Shown: positions 9,939 to 19,350 of the stretch, one piece after another
How the letters are laid out: each line of letters opens with the position of its first letter
Numbering within the stretch: position 1 is the stretch's first letter
Origin: Bacteroidales bacterium
GTDB lineage: Bacteria > Bacteroidota > Bacteroidia > Bacteroidales > JAFGXI01
Assembly: GCA_027064025.1 (NCBI GenBank)
Contig: JAMOQL010000136.1
Coordinates: 1 to 46,510 of the forward strand
Reading direction: 5' to 3'
DNA length: 46,510 nucleotides
The notes under the pieces: generated by a model
What the model was told of the DNA's origin: nothing
The model's database searches: none
Seen by the model: only the letters and a program-made list of their open reading frames with translations
Made by a program: the position numbers and the translations under genes

Positions 9939-10403
9939 TTATTTAAATGATTTTGAAATCTCTGTAAATAAGATTCCTATAATTGCAATTCCTCCTAATA
10001 AGTATACTGTAAACAAACCTGTCCCCACACTTTTAGAAATACTTTCCGTAATATTAAATTTTTCAATGTTATGGAAATTTGGAATCGCTCCTGATGCAAA
10101 TGCATATGCTAAGCCAACAGTAATAGCTAAAGCTGCAACGCCAACAATAGTTCTCTTTGCTTTTTTAATATCTGTAATTAAAGAGATAATTGGAAAAAGA
10201 AGTGCCGATAAAGTTGATACAATAAAAAGGACATAAGCCCAATATATCATATTATCTGTAAAACTTGGATAAGAATACTCCTTTCCACTAGTAAATGTTA
10301 TGCTTTCTGATCCTCCAAAATAAAATGCTACAATCATTATTAAAGAGACACCGAATATGACATACATCATTATTTGTATTATTTTACCTATTTTAGTGTC
10401 CAT
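9939..10403 (-). CDS. Uncharacterised 4-TM protein inside the exbB-exbD operon
   Basis: Four hydrophobic helices; 7-nt gaps to both neighbours. Confidence 0.8.
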   Translation of the reverse strand: MDTKIGKIIQIMMYVIFGVSLIMIVAFYFGGSESITFTSGKEYSYPSFTDNMIYWAYVLFIVSTLSALLFPIISLITDIKKAKRTIVGVAALAITVGLAYAFASGAIPNFHNIEKFNITESISKSVGTGLFTVYLLGGIAIIGILFTEISKSFK

Positions 10404-10410
10404 AATATGA

Positions 10411-11271
10411 TTAAGCTTTAAATTTTGAAATTAAATCTACCATTGAAATAGAAGCGTCTTCCATTTCGTTAACAATACTATCAATTTTTGCAACAATATA
10501 GTTATAGAATACTTGTAGAATCATCGCAACAATCAAACCAGCAACGGTTGTAATCAAGGCCACTTTAATACCTCCAGCAACAAGTGTCGGAGAAATATCA
10601 CCCGCAATCTCGATGGCATCAAATGCAGAGATCATACCAATTACAGTTCCCATAAACCCTAACATTGGAGCTAGAGCAATAAATAAACTAATCCAACTTA
10701 AGCCTTTTTCTAAACGTCCCATTTGTACACCTCCATAGGCAACAATTGCTTTTTCAACGTTTTCTACAGAACTTTCGTTAGCAGGATTATATCTTTCTAA
10801 ACCTTGATAAAAGATTGAAGCTACGGGACCTCTTGTATTTCTACAAACTTCTTTAGCAGCATCAATTCCACCTGAATTTAAAGCATCTTCAACCTTATTT
10901 AATAATTTGGTTGTGTTTGTACTAGCCATATTTAAGTAAATAATTCTTTCAATAGCTAATGCTAAACCTAAAATAAGTGTAATTAATACAAAACTCATAA
11001 AACCTGCTCCACCTTCAATAAACTTTTGTTTAAGTTGTTGATGAAAACCTGGTGTTTCAACTTCTGCCTTAGCATCTTCTGTAGCAGCTACTTCTTCTAC
11101 AGGAGCAGCTTGTTCGACAGGTGCTTCAGCTACAGTATTACTGTCGGCTGTTGTTGCAACTTGTTCTGTTGTATCTGCTGGCGATTCAGCCGTTTCTTGA
11201 GCGAAAGCTGAATTGCTTACACCGTAAGAAAGTATTCCAAATAATGCGAATAATGCGAAAAACTTTTTCAT
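10411..11271 (-). CDS. exbB: MotA/TolQ/ExbB proton-channel protein with signal peptide and Ala/Glu/Pro/Thr-rich N-terminal extension
   Basis: APMLGFMGTVIGMISAF, GIKVALITTVAGL; TATTTTTG -7 box at 11304-11311. Confidence 0.93.
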   Translation of the reverse strand: MKKFFALFALFGILSYGVSNSAFAQETAESPADTTEQVATTADSNTVAEAPVEQAAPVEEVAATEDAKAEVETPGFHQQLKQKFIEGGAGFMSFVLITLILGLALAIERIIYLNMASTNTTKLLNKVEDALNSGGIDAAKEVCRNTRGPVASIFYQGLERYNPANESSVENVEKAIVAYGGVQMGRLEKGLSWISLFIALAPMLGFMGTVIGMISAFDAIEIAGDISPTLVAGGIKVALITTVAGLIVAMILQVFYNYIVAKIDSIVNEMEDASISMVDLISKFKA

Positions 11272-11375
11272 GATCTGTTTAATTGTTTAATTTTTAATTT
11301 GAACAAAAATATAATTAATAAATGAATTCTCCATAAATAAGCGATATCAAATTTCATTTACTTATGAAAACCTTG

Positions 11376-11462
11376 CGGAGAATGAGGGATTCGAACCCAC
11401 GATATCCTCACAGATATACACGCTTTCCAAGCGTGCGCCTTAAGCCACTCGGCCAATTCTCC
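11376..11462 (-). tRNA. tRNA-Ser (anticodon GGA), long variable arm, CCA not encoded
   Basis: Reverse complement GGAGAATTGGCCGAGTGGCTTAAGGCGCACGCTT-GGA-AAGCGTGTATATCTGTGAGGATATCGTGGGTTCGAATCCCTCATTCTCCG. Confidence 0.97.
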
Positions 11463-11553
11463 AAATTTTGCTTTAAAAAAGCGCAATTTACAAAAAAAAG
11501 ATAAACTAATATCTATTAAATAAATCAAACTTAATAGACTGTTGTCTAAAAAT

Positions 11554-12588
11554 CTAATTATGAAGAGCTAAACTCATTTCTCCACTTATATTAATCTTAA
11601 AAACTCTTGACAATTCCTTACCAAAGAATCCATTTCCTAAGAGATACATCAACTTTACAACTGTTGCTTCAATGGTCATATCATGGGCACTCACGACACC
11701 CATTTCTAACATCTTAACACTGGTTTCGTAATGTCCTTGAATTACAGACCCTGCTTTACATTGAGTAACATTCACCAATACAATCCCTTTATTTATTGCT
11801 CTTTTTAATTCGTCAATAAACCACGGGTAAGTTGGAGCATTCCCGGCTCCATAAGTTTCTATTACTAAAGCTTTCAAACCTTTTATATTAATAATACTTT
11901 CTACATAAGGTTTTGAAATACCTGGAAAAATCCTTAATACAGCAACATTATTATCCAGTTTTGTGTTAAACGAAACTTTCTCTTTTTTATTATCTAAAAA
12001 ATAATTTCTTTTATAATGAATATTGATACCTATTTCTGCTAATGGAGGGTAATTCTCTGATGAGAAAGCATTAAAATACTCTGCATTTATTTTACTTATT
12101 CTATTGCCACGAAACAATTTATTTTCAAAACAAACACATACTTCTTTAATAATGGAATCCCCATCCTTCTTCCCCATTGCTATTTCGATTGAGGTTATCA
12201 AATTTTCTTTACCATCGGTTCGAATGGTTCCAATGGGTAGCTGCGAACCCGTTAGAATAATTGGTTTATCGATATTCTGTATCATAAAACTTAATGCACT
12301 GGCAGTATGCGCCATAGTATCTGTACCGTGTAAAATTACAAAACCGTCGTATTTCGAATAATTTTTTTGAATAACCGTAACTAAATCGATCCAAAACGCA
12401 GGGTTTACATTCGACGAATCAATTACAACAGAAAATTCAAATGAATCTAATTGACAATTGAAAGCTCTTAATTCTGGGACTTGCTCCGTAAGATGTTTAA
12501 AATCTAAAGGCATTAAAGACCCACTTTCCGAGTCTTTTACCATTCCTATGGTTCCTCCAGTATATATTAATAATAGTTTAGTCTTCAT
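11554..12588 (-). CDS. ansA: Type I (cytoplasmic) L-asparaginase
   Basis: YTGGTIGM, HGTDTM, TGSQ, ETYGAGN. Confidence 0.95.
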   Translation of the reverse strand: MKTKLLLIYTGGTIGMVKDSESGSLMPLDFKHLTEQVPELRAFNCQLDSFEFSVVIDSSNVNPAFWIDLVTVIQKNYSKYDGFVILHGTDTMAHTASALSFMIQNIDKPIILTGSQLPIGTIRTDGKENLITSIEIAMGKKDGDSIIKEVCVCFENKLFRGNRISKINAEYFNAFSSENYPPLAEIGINIHYKRNYFLDNKKEKVSFNTKLDNNVAVLRIFPGISKPYVESIINIKGLKALVIETYGAGNAPTYPWFIDELKRAINKGIVLVNVTQCKAGSVIQGHYETSVKMLEMGVVSAHDMTIEATVVKLMYLLGNGFFGKELSRVFKINISGEMSLALHN

Positions 12589-13369
12589 CGTTTGGAAAGT
12601 TAAATAAATTTAAAGCATTTTGAGTCGTTATTTCCGAAATAGCTTTTACATCTAAGCCATAAATATCGGCTACTTTTCTTGCAGTGTAAAACATATAAGA
12701 ACTTTCGTTCCGCTTCCCTCTCTTTGGTTCTGGAGCTAAATATGGAGCATCTGTTTCTAAAAGAATATACTTAACATCAATTTCTTTTAATACTTCTGGC
12801 AAATGTGATTTTTTAAAAGTCACAATTCCATTAATGCCTAAATAAAAATGATAGTCGCTGATAATTTTATGAGCCTGTTCTAATGTTCCTGTAAAAGAAT
12901 GAAAAACACCTCTTAAACTAGCTGTATTTTTTCGATCTAAAACTTCAAAAATCTCATCGAACGAATCTCTTGCATGAATTACAATGGGCAAATCGAACTT
13001 TAAGGCCAAATCTATTTGTTTTTCAAAAGCTAGAATTTGTTCTTCTAGAAAAGTTTTATCCCAATGCAAATCTATTCCAATTTCTCCAATTGCATAGAAC
13101 TTTTCTTTATCTAACCACTCTTCAACTTTTTGTATTTCAGTCTCAAAATCGTCTTCTACCGATGTCGGATGTAGCCCCATCATAGGAAAAATATGATGAG
13201 GATATTTTTTACACAAATCCATCATAGCATCAACAGTTGTCGAGTCAATATTAGGCAAAAGTATCTTTTTAACACCTGCTTTATGCGCATTAAAGACCAC
13301 ATCACGTCTATCGTTATCAAATTCTTCGGAATATATATGAGAGTGGGTATCTGTTAAATAGTGTTTCAT
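12578..13369 (-). CDS. tatD: TatD-family DNase
   Basis: DTHSH, GLHP, GEIGID, HSFTG, LETDAPYL; overlaps ansA by 11 nt. Confidence 0.95.
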   Translation of the reverse strand: MKHYLTDTHSHIYSEEFDNDRRDVVFNAHKAGVKKILLPNIDSTTVDAMMDLCKKYPHHIFPMMGLHPTSVEDDFETEIQKVEEWLDKEKFYAIGEIGIDLHWDKTFLEEQILAFEKQIDLALKFDLPIVIHARDSFDEIFEVLDRKNTASLRGVFHSFTGTLEQAHKIISDYHFYLGINGIVTFKKSHLPEVLKEIDVKYILLETDAPYLAPEPKRGKRNESSYMFYTARKVADIYGLDVKAISEITTQNALNLFNFPNDED

Positions 13370-13526
13370 TTCTTATTATTTTACGAAAAAAATTTTATTC
13401 TATCTTTGATTTCGCGAATTTAATTACTTTTATTGAATTCTTTTATCTTGTCTGCGGTTGATTTGATAAAGATTAAAAAAATATATAACATTTGACTCTA
13501 ATAACAAATTGAATATCTAATAAAAA

Positions 13527-14585
13527 ATGCTTCTTAAATACATTACTTTCAGAAAAATCAAACTCTTTTTTTTATTATATTTAAGTTATCATTTGAGTTA
13601 TTTTATAAAAAAAGACTTTCGATGGGGAAGATATATTGCTCTTTCTATTGAACCAACCAACAGTTGTAATTTATCGTGTACCGAATGCCCAACAGGGACT
13701 AACGGTTTAACTCGACAAAAAGGAAACTTTTCAACAACTGCTTTTAAAAAATTAATTGATCAAAAAGCTAAAGATTTAATATATCTCAATTTCTATTTTC
13801 AAGGCGAACCTTTCTTAAATAAAAATATCCTTGAAATGATAAAACTAGCGTCTCAGAAAAATATTTATACTTCTACTTCAACAAACGCTCAACTTATCGA
13901 TAAAGAATTAGCAAAAAATATTGTTGACTCTGGTCTGAACCGAATTATTATATCTATTGATGGAACTAGTCAAGAAATTTATGAAAAATATAGAATTGGG
14001 GGGCAGCTAGAAAAAGTAATTAACGCTAGTAAATTTCTAATTGAAGCTAAAAAAGACTCCAAAAAAAATAATCTTAAAATTGTTTTTCAGTTTCTTGTAT
14101 TCAAACACAACGAACATCAAATTCATAAAATAAAAAAATTAGGACACGATATTGGGATTGATAAAGTAGAAATAAAATCGGCACAAATCTATAATTTTAA
14201 GAACTCTACCAATATCACTTCGATAACACAGTTCTCTAGATATAAAAAAGACAGCAATGGTTTTTATTTAATTAAAAGCAAGTTGAAACACAAATGCTGG
14301 CGAATGTGGCACTCTGGAGTCATTACTCAAGACCAAAATCTAGTTCCTTGTTGTTTCGATAAAGATGCCGATTATACGATAGGAAATCTTAACTCAAATT
14401 CCATTTCAGTTATCGAGCGGTCTTCCTTATATAAAAAATTTCGCCAGAATATTTCTAGCGAAAGATCTTCTATTCCTATGTGTCAGAATTGTAGCGAAGG
14501 ATTGAACCTCCGTAAGAAAAAACTACAATTGCGATTTATACTTTCTCAAATAAATGGTTTCTTGATATGTTTCGTCTTCTTTTAA
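13527..14585 (+). CDS. Radical SAM protein with C-terminal SPASM/twitch domain, unknown substrate
   Basis: EPTNSCNLSCTEC, GEPFL, ISIDG; C-terminal CWRMW...VPCCFD...CQNC. Confidence 0.88.
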   Translation: MLLKYITFRKIKLFFLLYLSYHLSYFIKKDFRWGRYIALSIEPTNSCNLSCTECPTGTNGLTRQKGNFSTTAFKKLIDQKAKDLIYLNFYFQGEPFLNKNILEMIKLASQKNIYTSTSTNAQLIDKELAKNIVDSGLNRIIISIDGTSQEIYEKYRIGGQLEKVINASKFLIEAKKDSKKNNLKIVFQFLVFKHNEHQIHKIKKLGHDIGIDKVEIKSAQIYNFKNSTNITSITQFSRYKKDSNGFYLIKSKLKHKCWRMWHSGVITQDQNLVPCCFDKDADYTIGNLNSNSISVIERSSLYKKFRQNISSERSSIPMCQNCSEGLNLRKKKLQLRFILSQINGFLICFVFF

Positions 14586-14936
14586 TACAACAACCCCTTC
14601 CCCATAAAGTGTATCTCCATTTAATGGATATTCTGCTTTTACTTGTAAAATATTTTCTTGAACAAAGTCGAAGCTACATTGCCCTGAAGCATCAGTATTT
14701 TTTTGTATAACATCAACCTTCCCATCGGGATCGACATAGCCAGGCTTTCCTGTATTTGGATCAATAAAAATAGTTACTAATGCACTTTCTAAAAGCACAT
14801 TCATTTCAATACCATTATTTTCCATTCCATTACGAACGGTAACAGTAGCTTTTGGCGGAACAGAATCCGAACATGAACTAAAAATGGTTAAAACAAAAAT
14901 ACTTACGAATACTAATCCTTTACAATACTTATTCAT
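14523..14936 (-). CDS. Small beta-rich lipoprotein of unknown function
   Basis: Lipobox FSS|C; TDASGQCSFDF motif of carboxypeptidase-regulatory/prealbumin-like domains. Confidence 0.75.
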   Translation of the reverse strand: MNKYCKGLVFVSIFVLTIFSSCSDSVPPKATVTVRNGMENNGIEMNVLLESALVTIFIDPNTGKPGYVDPDGKVDVIQKNTDASGQCSFDFVQENILQVKAEYPLNGDTLYGEGVVVLKEDETYQETIYLRKYKSQL

Positions 14937-14943
14937 TGGTCTT

Positions 14944-15348
14944 TTATTTAACTTCTATGGTTTTATTATCTGAATAATCTACTTTAAGGACAAGCACTCT
15001 ATATCCCGATTTTAATACTATGGGCTCTCCGTTGACATCTTCTTCAACCTTCCCTTGCTCGTCTCTTTTTAACTTCTCTGCCTCTGCTTTGAGAACTAAT
15101 TCTTTATCAAAAGTAAATTCTATATAGCCGCTAGAATTTGTATATCCCTGAGCAATAACATCGGACAAAACAGTTTCCTGTGTAGATGGCCTTACCTTGA
15201 CTAGAGCTTTGTTAACGGGAACCAAAACACTATCCACCATTTCCACTACCCTAACAACAGCCTTTGGTTTCGCCTCTTCTTTGCAACTATATGCTCCAAA
15301 AATTAGGGCGATTCCTAAAATTAATAATAAAAAGTTAGTTTTATTCAT
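14944..15348 (-). CDS. Small beta-rich lipoprotein, paralogue of the neighbour; start moved to ATG 15348
   Basis: MNKTNFLLLILGIALIFGAYS|CKEE; TNSSGYIEFTF. The track start lies upstream of the TATGTTTG -7 box at 15368-15375. Confidence 0.78.
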   Translation of the reverse strand: MNKTNFLLLILGIALIFGAYSCKEEAKPKAVVRVVEMVDSVLVPVNKALVKVRPSTQETVLSDVIAQGYTNSSGYIEFTFDKELVLKAEAEKLKRDEQGKVEEDVNGEPIVLKSGYRVLVLKVDYSDNKTIEVK

Positions 15349-15367
15349 CGGTTTATTTATTTGACTA

Positions 15368-15476
15368 CAAACATAATAAAAAGCTGTTGATTTTTCAAGC
15401 AAGTTGTGAATTATCGTATTTTTATAATAATAATATTAATAATATTAATCTCGTCAACGATTAATTTGTAATTTTG
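15368..15476. promoter_or_regulatory. Divergent promoter pair (lipoprotein genes / kbl)
   Basis: TATGTTTG on minus at 15368-15375 and TAATTTTG on plus at 15469-15476. Confidence 0.65.
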
Positions 15477-15500
15477 AAAAAACAATTAATTAAAGATATT

Positions 15501-16691
15501 ATGTACGGAAAATTTCAACAATATTTACAAACAGAGTTAGACTCAATAACTGAAGCGGGCTTATTTAAAGGAGAACGAATTATCAATTCTCCCCAAGAAG
15601 CAGAAATTACACTTACTACGGGTCAGAAGGTTCTAAATTTTTGCATGAACAATTATTTAGGATTATCTAATAATCAAGAATTAATTGACGCTGCAAAAAA
15701 TGCACTCGACACTCGTGGATTCGGAATGTCATCTGTTCGTTTTATATGCGGTACTCAAGATTTACACAAAGAATTAGAAAAAAAAGTAGCAGAGTTCTTT
15801 GGTACTGAAGATACCATTTTATATGCTGCAGCTTTCGATGCAAACGGAGGTGTTTTCGAACCTTTATTTTCTGAAGAAGATGCTATTATTTCTGACTCAT
15901 TAAATCACGCATCTATCATAGACGGGGTACGCTTATGTAAAGCCCAACGTTACAGATACGAAAATGCTGACATGGCTTCTTTGGAAGAACAACTTATTAA
16001 AGCTCAAGACCAAAGATTTAGAATTATTGTTACCGATGGTGTTTTTTCTATGGACGGAAATACAGCTCCGATGGATGAAATCAACAAACTGGCTAAAAAG
16101 TATGACGCCTTAATTATGGTAGACGAATGTCATTCTGCTGGTGTTGTTGGTAAAACAGGACGTGGAGTTACTGAGCAGTTCAATATTCGAGGCGAGGTAG
16201 ATATTATTACGGGAACTCTTGGTAAAGCTTTTGGTGGTGCAATTGGTGGTTTTACAACTGGTAAAAAGGAAATTATTGAGATGCTACGTCAACGCTCTCG
16301 TCCTTATTTGTTTTCAAACTCAATTCCTCCTATGGTTGCTAATGCTGGAATTAAAATGTTTGATATGATGAGCCAAACTACAGCTTTACAAGATAAGCTT
16401 CATGCCAACACCGACTATTTTGTTAAAAAAATGATTAATGCGGGCTTTGATATTAAACCTACAAAATCTGCCATTTGTGCAGTCATGCTTTACGATGCAA
16501 AATTATCTCAAGATTTTGCAACAAAATTATTAGCCGAAGGTATTTATGTTATCGGATTCTATTATCCCGTGGTAGCCAAAGGACAAGCTAGAATCAGGGT
16601 TCAGCTTTCTGCCGCTCACGAAACCAAACATTTAGACCACGCCATTACAGCGTTTACCAAAATAGGAAAAGAATTAGGTGTTCTTAAATAA
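15501..16691 (+). CDS. kbl: Glycine C-acetyltransferase (2-amino-3-ketobutyrate CoA ligase); start moved to ATG 15501
   Basis: NNYLGL, SVRFICGTQ, LNHASIIDG, TGTLGKAFGG PLP lysine, RIRVQLSA. The TTG of the track is part of the -7 box. Confidence 0.95.
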   Translation: MYGKFQQYLQTELDSITEAGLFKGERIINSPQEAEITLTTGQKVLNFCMNNYLGLSNNQELIDAAKNALDTRGFGMSSVRFICGTQDLHKELEKKVAEFFGTEDTILYAAAFDANGGVFEPLFSEEDAIISDSLNHASIIDGVRLCKAQRYRYENADMASLEEQLIKAQDQRFRIIVTDGVFSMDGNTAPMDEINKLAKKYDALIMVDECHSAGVVGKTGRGVTEQFNIRGEVDIITGTLGKAFGGAIGGFTTGKKEIIEMLRQRSRPYLFSNSIPPMVANAGIKMFDMMSQTTALQDKLHANTDYFVKKMINAGFDIKPTKSAICAVMLYDAKLSQDFATKLLAEGIYVIGFYYPVVAKGQARIRVQLSAAHETKHLDHAITAFTKIGKELGVLK

Positions 16692-16713
16692 GACACTTCT
16701 TAAAAAAAACATA

Positions 16714-18306
16714 TTAAGCATCGATTTTATCGGTGCTTTTTTGATTCTGATACTCGCTAAAAGAAAAAGCAATAAAGAATAAAATATAAAAATAAGTAAA
16801 GAAAGTTATTCCTGCTTGAGTTTCAAGAGTGTCTTCATTAATCATAGATAAAAAAGCGGCTAAAAGAAATACAAGTGGCAAAAATTGTTTTCGTTCTCTA
16901 TACATAGGTGCAAACATAAAAAACATAGCCCCTAGAAAGCCAAACAACCCAAAACTAATAAAAAATGTCACATATTGATTATGTGCTCTATGCTGAAATT
17001 CTTTTTTTAAAGTACTTTCTCCATTTTGATAATGCTTCTTAAAAGCATCGTCGACATCTCCTGTCCCTGTACCAAACCAAAAATGATTAGAAATAATTTT
17101 TTTTGCAATTTTTAAATATTCGAGCCTTTGAGTAACACTTGCTCCAGAGGCATTACCTGTTTTAGAATAATAATAAAACTGCTCTATTATTGGATATACC
17201 TTGGCATAAGGTGAATATTTATTTTTATAAATATAATTAGAATGAGCTGTTTCAATCATCTTAATATCCTCATTCGCTAAATTGGTAACACCTACAGAAT
17301 CCTTTGTTAAATTTAATGATGTTAAATAATTCATTAAAGTATACTTGATAGGGAAACCTCTTTTATTTACCCCATCTGAATAAGGAATATTACTCTTTTT
17401 ATTCCACTCCTTTTCTAATTCTTTTTCACATAAATACCAATATACATAATGCCCATTTTCTATTTGAATTGCTTTTGTGTTATGCTTATATAGATTCCCA
17501 TTTATTGTATATTTAGGTAAATCTTTATGTGATATTTTATTATCAAAATTATAAAATTCGTTAATATAATTCTTAATTAACAAAACTCCTGAAAATATCA
17601 ATATCAAAGCTAAAAAGGCAAAAATCCATTTAAGCCAAATTTTCTTTTGTAAAAATACAGAACGGAGTATCATGCTTATGAACACAAGTGAGAACACTAA
17701 CAATCCCGTATAAGAGTTTAGTATAAAAAGAAAAAATGACAAACTTAATATGATTGCAGTATATATCATTTTTAAGTTATTTTGAGAAGTCTTACGAGCC
17801 AAATAATAAGATGAAAATATAGCCATATTAACCAAAAGACTCAATCGAATATGTGAGATAAAAATAGAAATTTGCCTAATATCGGTAATGTGCCTTTCGA
17901 TAAGTCCGTAATAAATTAAACCCGAAATAAAAGAAGAGCCTACAACGGCTAGAATAAAAAAGTTTAATATTAATTTCACCTCATGAATTTCTAACTTTTT
18001 AGAACTCCCTACCAATAATGCTAAAACAAATAATGGTAGTTTAATTTTAATATCGTGCAATCCATAGGCAACATTCGAAGAGTTGAACATCCAAATTAAA
18101 TGTAAAAAAAACAGTCCTATTAAATACAGAGCTGGCTTATTATGGATTAAGCGTTTCCATTTATTAACAAAATCTAACTCTAATAACCAATTAGTAGCCA
18201 ATAAAAACTGAGATACACTCATTAAGAAAACTGAAAATGGCATTGAAACTCCCAGAAGAATTAACGAAAACAAATAAATATATCGATGAATTTGAGATGA
18301 AAACAT
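16714..18306 (-). CDS. O-antigen ligase family (WaaL/Wzy_C) membrane protein with a large extramembrane loop
   Basis: About 11-12 TM; ISHIRLS, SVTQRLEY, FGTGTG, AHNQY, EDTLETQAG. Confidence 0.82.
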   Translation of the reverse strand: MFSSQIHRYIYLFSLILLGVSMPFSVFLMSVSQFLLATNWLLELDFVNKWKRLIHNKPALYLIGLFFLHLIWMFNSSNVAYGLHDIKIKLPLFVLALLVGSSKKLEIHEVKLILNFFILAVVGSSFISGLIYYGLIERHITDIRQISIFISHIRLSLLVNMAIFSSYYLARKTSQNNLKMIYTAIILSLSFFLFILNSYTGLLVFSLVFISMILRSVFLQKKIWLKWIFAFLALILIFSGVLLIKNYINEFYNFDNKISHKDLPKYTINGNLYKHNTKAIQIENGHYVYWYLCEKELEKEWNKKSNIPYSDGVNKRGFPIKYTLMNYLTSLNLTKDSVGVTNLANEDIKMIETAHSNYIYKNKYSPYAKVYPIIEQFYYYSKTGNASGASVTQRLEYLKIAKKIISNHFWFGTGTGDVDDAFKKHYQNGESTLKKEFQHRAHNQYVTFFISFGLFGFLGAMFFMFAPMYRERKQFLPLVFLLAAFLSMINEDTLETQAGITFFTYFYILFFIAFSFSEYQNQKSTDKIDA

Positions 18307-18358
18307 AAATGTTTTTTATTGTTAACTAGATTTTTCTACAAATATTGTAATGAAGAAC

Positions 18359-19348
18359 CTACTTTATAGCATATATAGATTTTATATATTCTGAAATCTG
18401 AATTGGGTCTTGTTTTTTCATACAATAAAAATGCTTCTTTGGACATTTATTAAAACCAATCTTCGAACAAGGACGACAAGACAAATCTTTGATTTCAAAT
18501 ATCTTAGAGTGTTTGTTTGGTAAATATGGAGACATCCCAAATTCAGGCACTGTATTTCCCCATATAGAAACAATTGGTTTTCTAAATGCCGCAGCAATAT
18601 GCATTAAACCTGTATCGGAACTTACAACAACCTTTGACTGTTGAATAATTGATGCTGATTGATTAAGATTAACTTTCCCACATAAATTAGCAACTCTCCC
18701 TTTCGACAATTTTTCAACTTTATCAGCCTTCTCCACATCGTCTTTACCCCCAAGAAGCACAAAAAGAAGTTGAGAATGATTTATTATTTCAATAGCTAAT
18801 TCTTCGGGAATTTGTTTTGTAAAATAAGTTGCTCCTAAAACTAATGCTACAAATCCGTTCTCAAAAGTTGCATTAACTAACGAAATTGGATATTCATCCT
18901 TTTCAGGAATAAAATAGTCTAACCCCTCTTTATCATTTGACACATCGAAAACAGAAAGGGTTTCTATATAGCGATCAACAATATGGTTACTTGGCATCTT
19001 ATTAATCTTGAAATTAACAAGCAACCACTTTCTTAAATTTAATTTATCAACTGTAAAGTCTGGAATTGACAAGGCTGATTTAATTCTTTTTGTTCTCAAA
19101 TTATTATGCAAGTCAATTAAATGATCGTACGATTCATCTTTCAACTCTTTAATCGTATCGCTAAGATTCCTCGACAATGAATGAACTTTATCTACGTATG
19201 GATTATCGTTAAGTAAAAACGAAAATTGAGATTTGGTTAAAAAATGAATTTCAGAATCAGGAAACTGTTTCTTCAATATTCTAACAACAGGAGTTGTTAA
19301 AACAATATCGCCAATAGAACTAAAACGTATTACTAGGATTTTAAGCAC
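18359..19348 (-). CDS. Glycosyltransferase family 9 (heptosyltransferase-like)
   Basis: IRFSSIGDIVL, DLHNNLR, SDTGLMHIAAA, CRPCSKIG...CP. Confidence 0.92.
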   Translation of the reverse strand: MLKILVIRFSSIGDIVLTTPVVRILKKQFPDSEIHFLTKSQFSFLLNDNPYVDKVHSLSRNLSDTIKELKDESYDHLIDLHNNLRTKRIKSALSIPDFTVDKLNLRKWLLVNFKINKMPSNHIVDRYIETLSVFDVSNDKEGLDYFIPEKDEYPISLVNATFENGFVALVLGATYFTKQIPEELAIEIINHSQLLFVLLGGKDDVEKADKVEKLSKGRVANLCGKVNLNQSASIIQQSKVVVSSDTGLMHIAAAFRKPIVSIWGNTVPEFGMSPYLPNKHSKIFEIKDLSCRPCSKIGFNKCPKKHFYCMKKQDPIQISEYIKSIYAIK

Positions 19349-19350
19349 TT

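Noticed and set aside
11376-11462. tRNA-Ser as an island or prophage attachment site
   Set aside because: No integrase, no duplicated tRNA 3' end seen in the window, and the flanks are core genes
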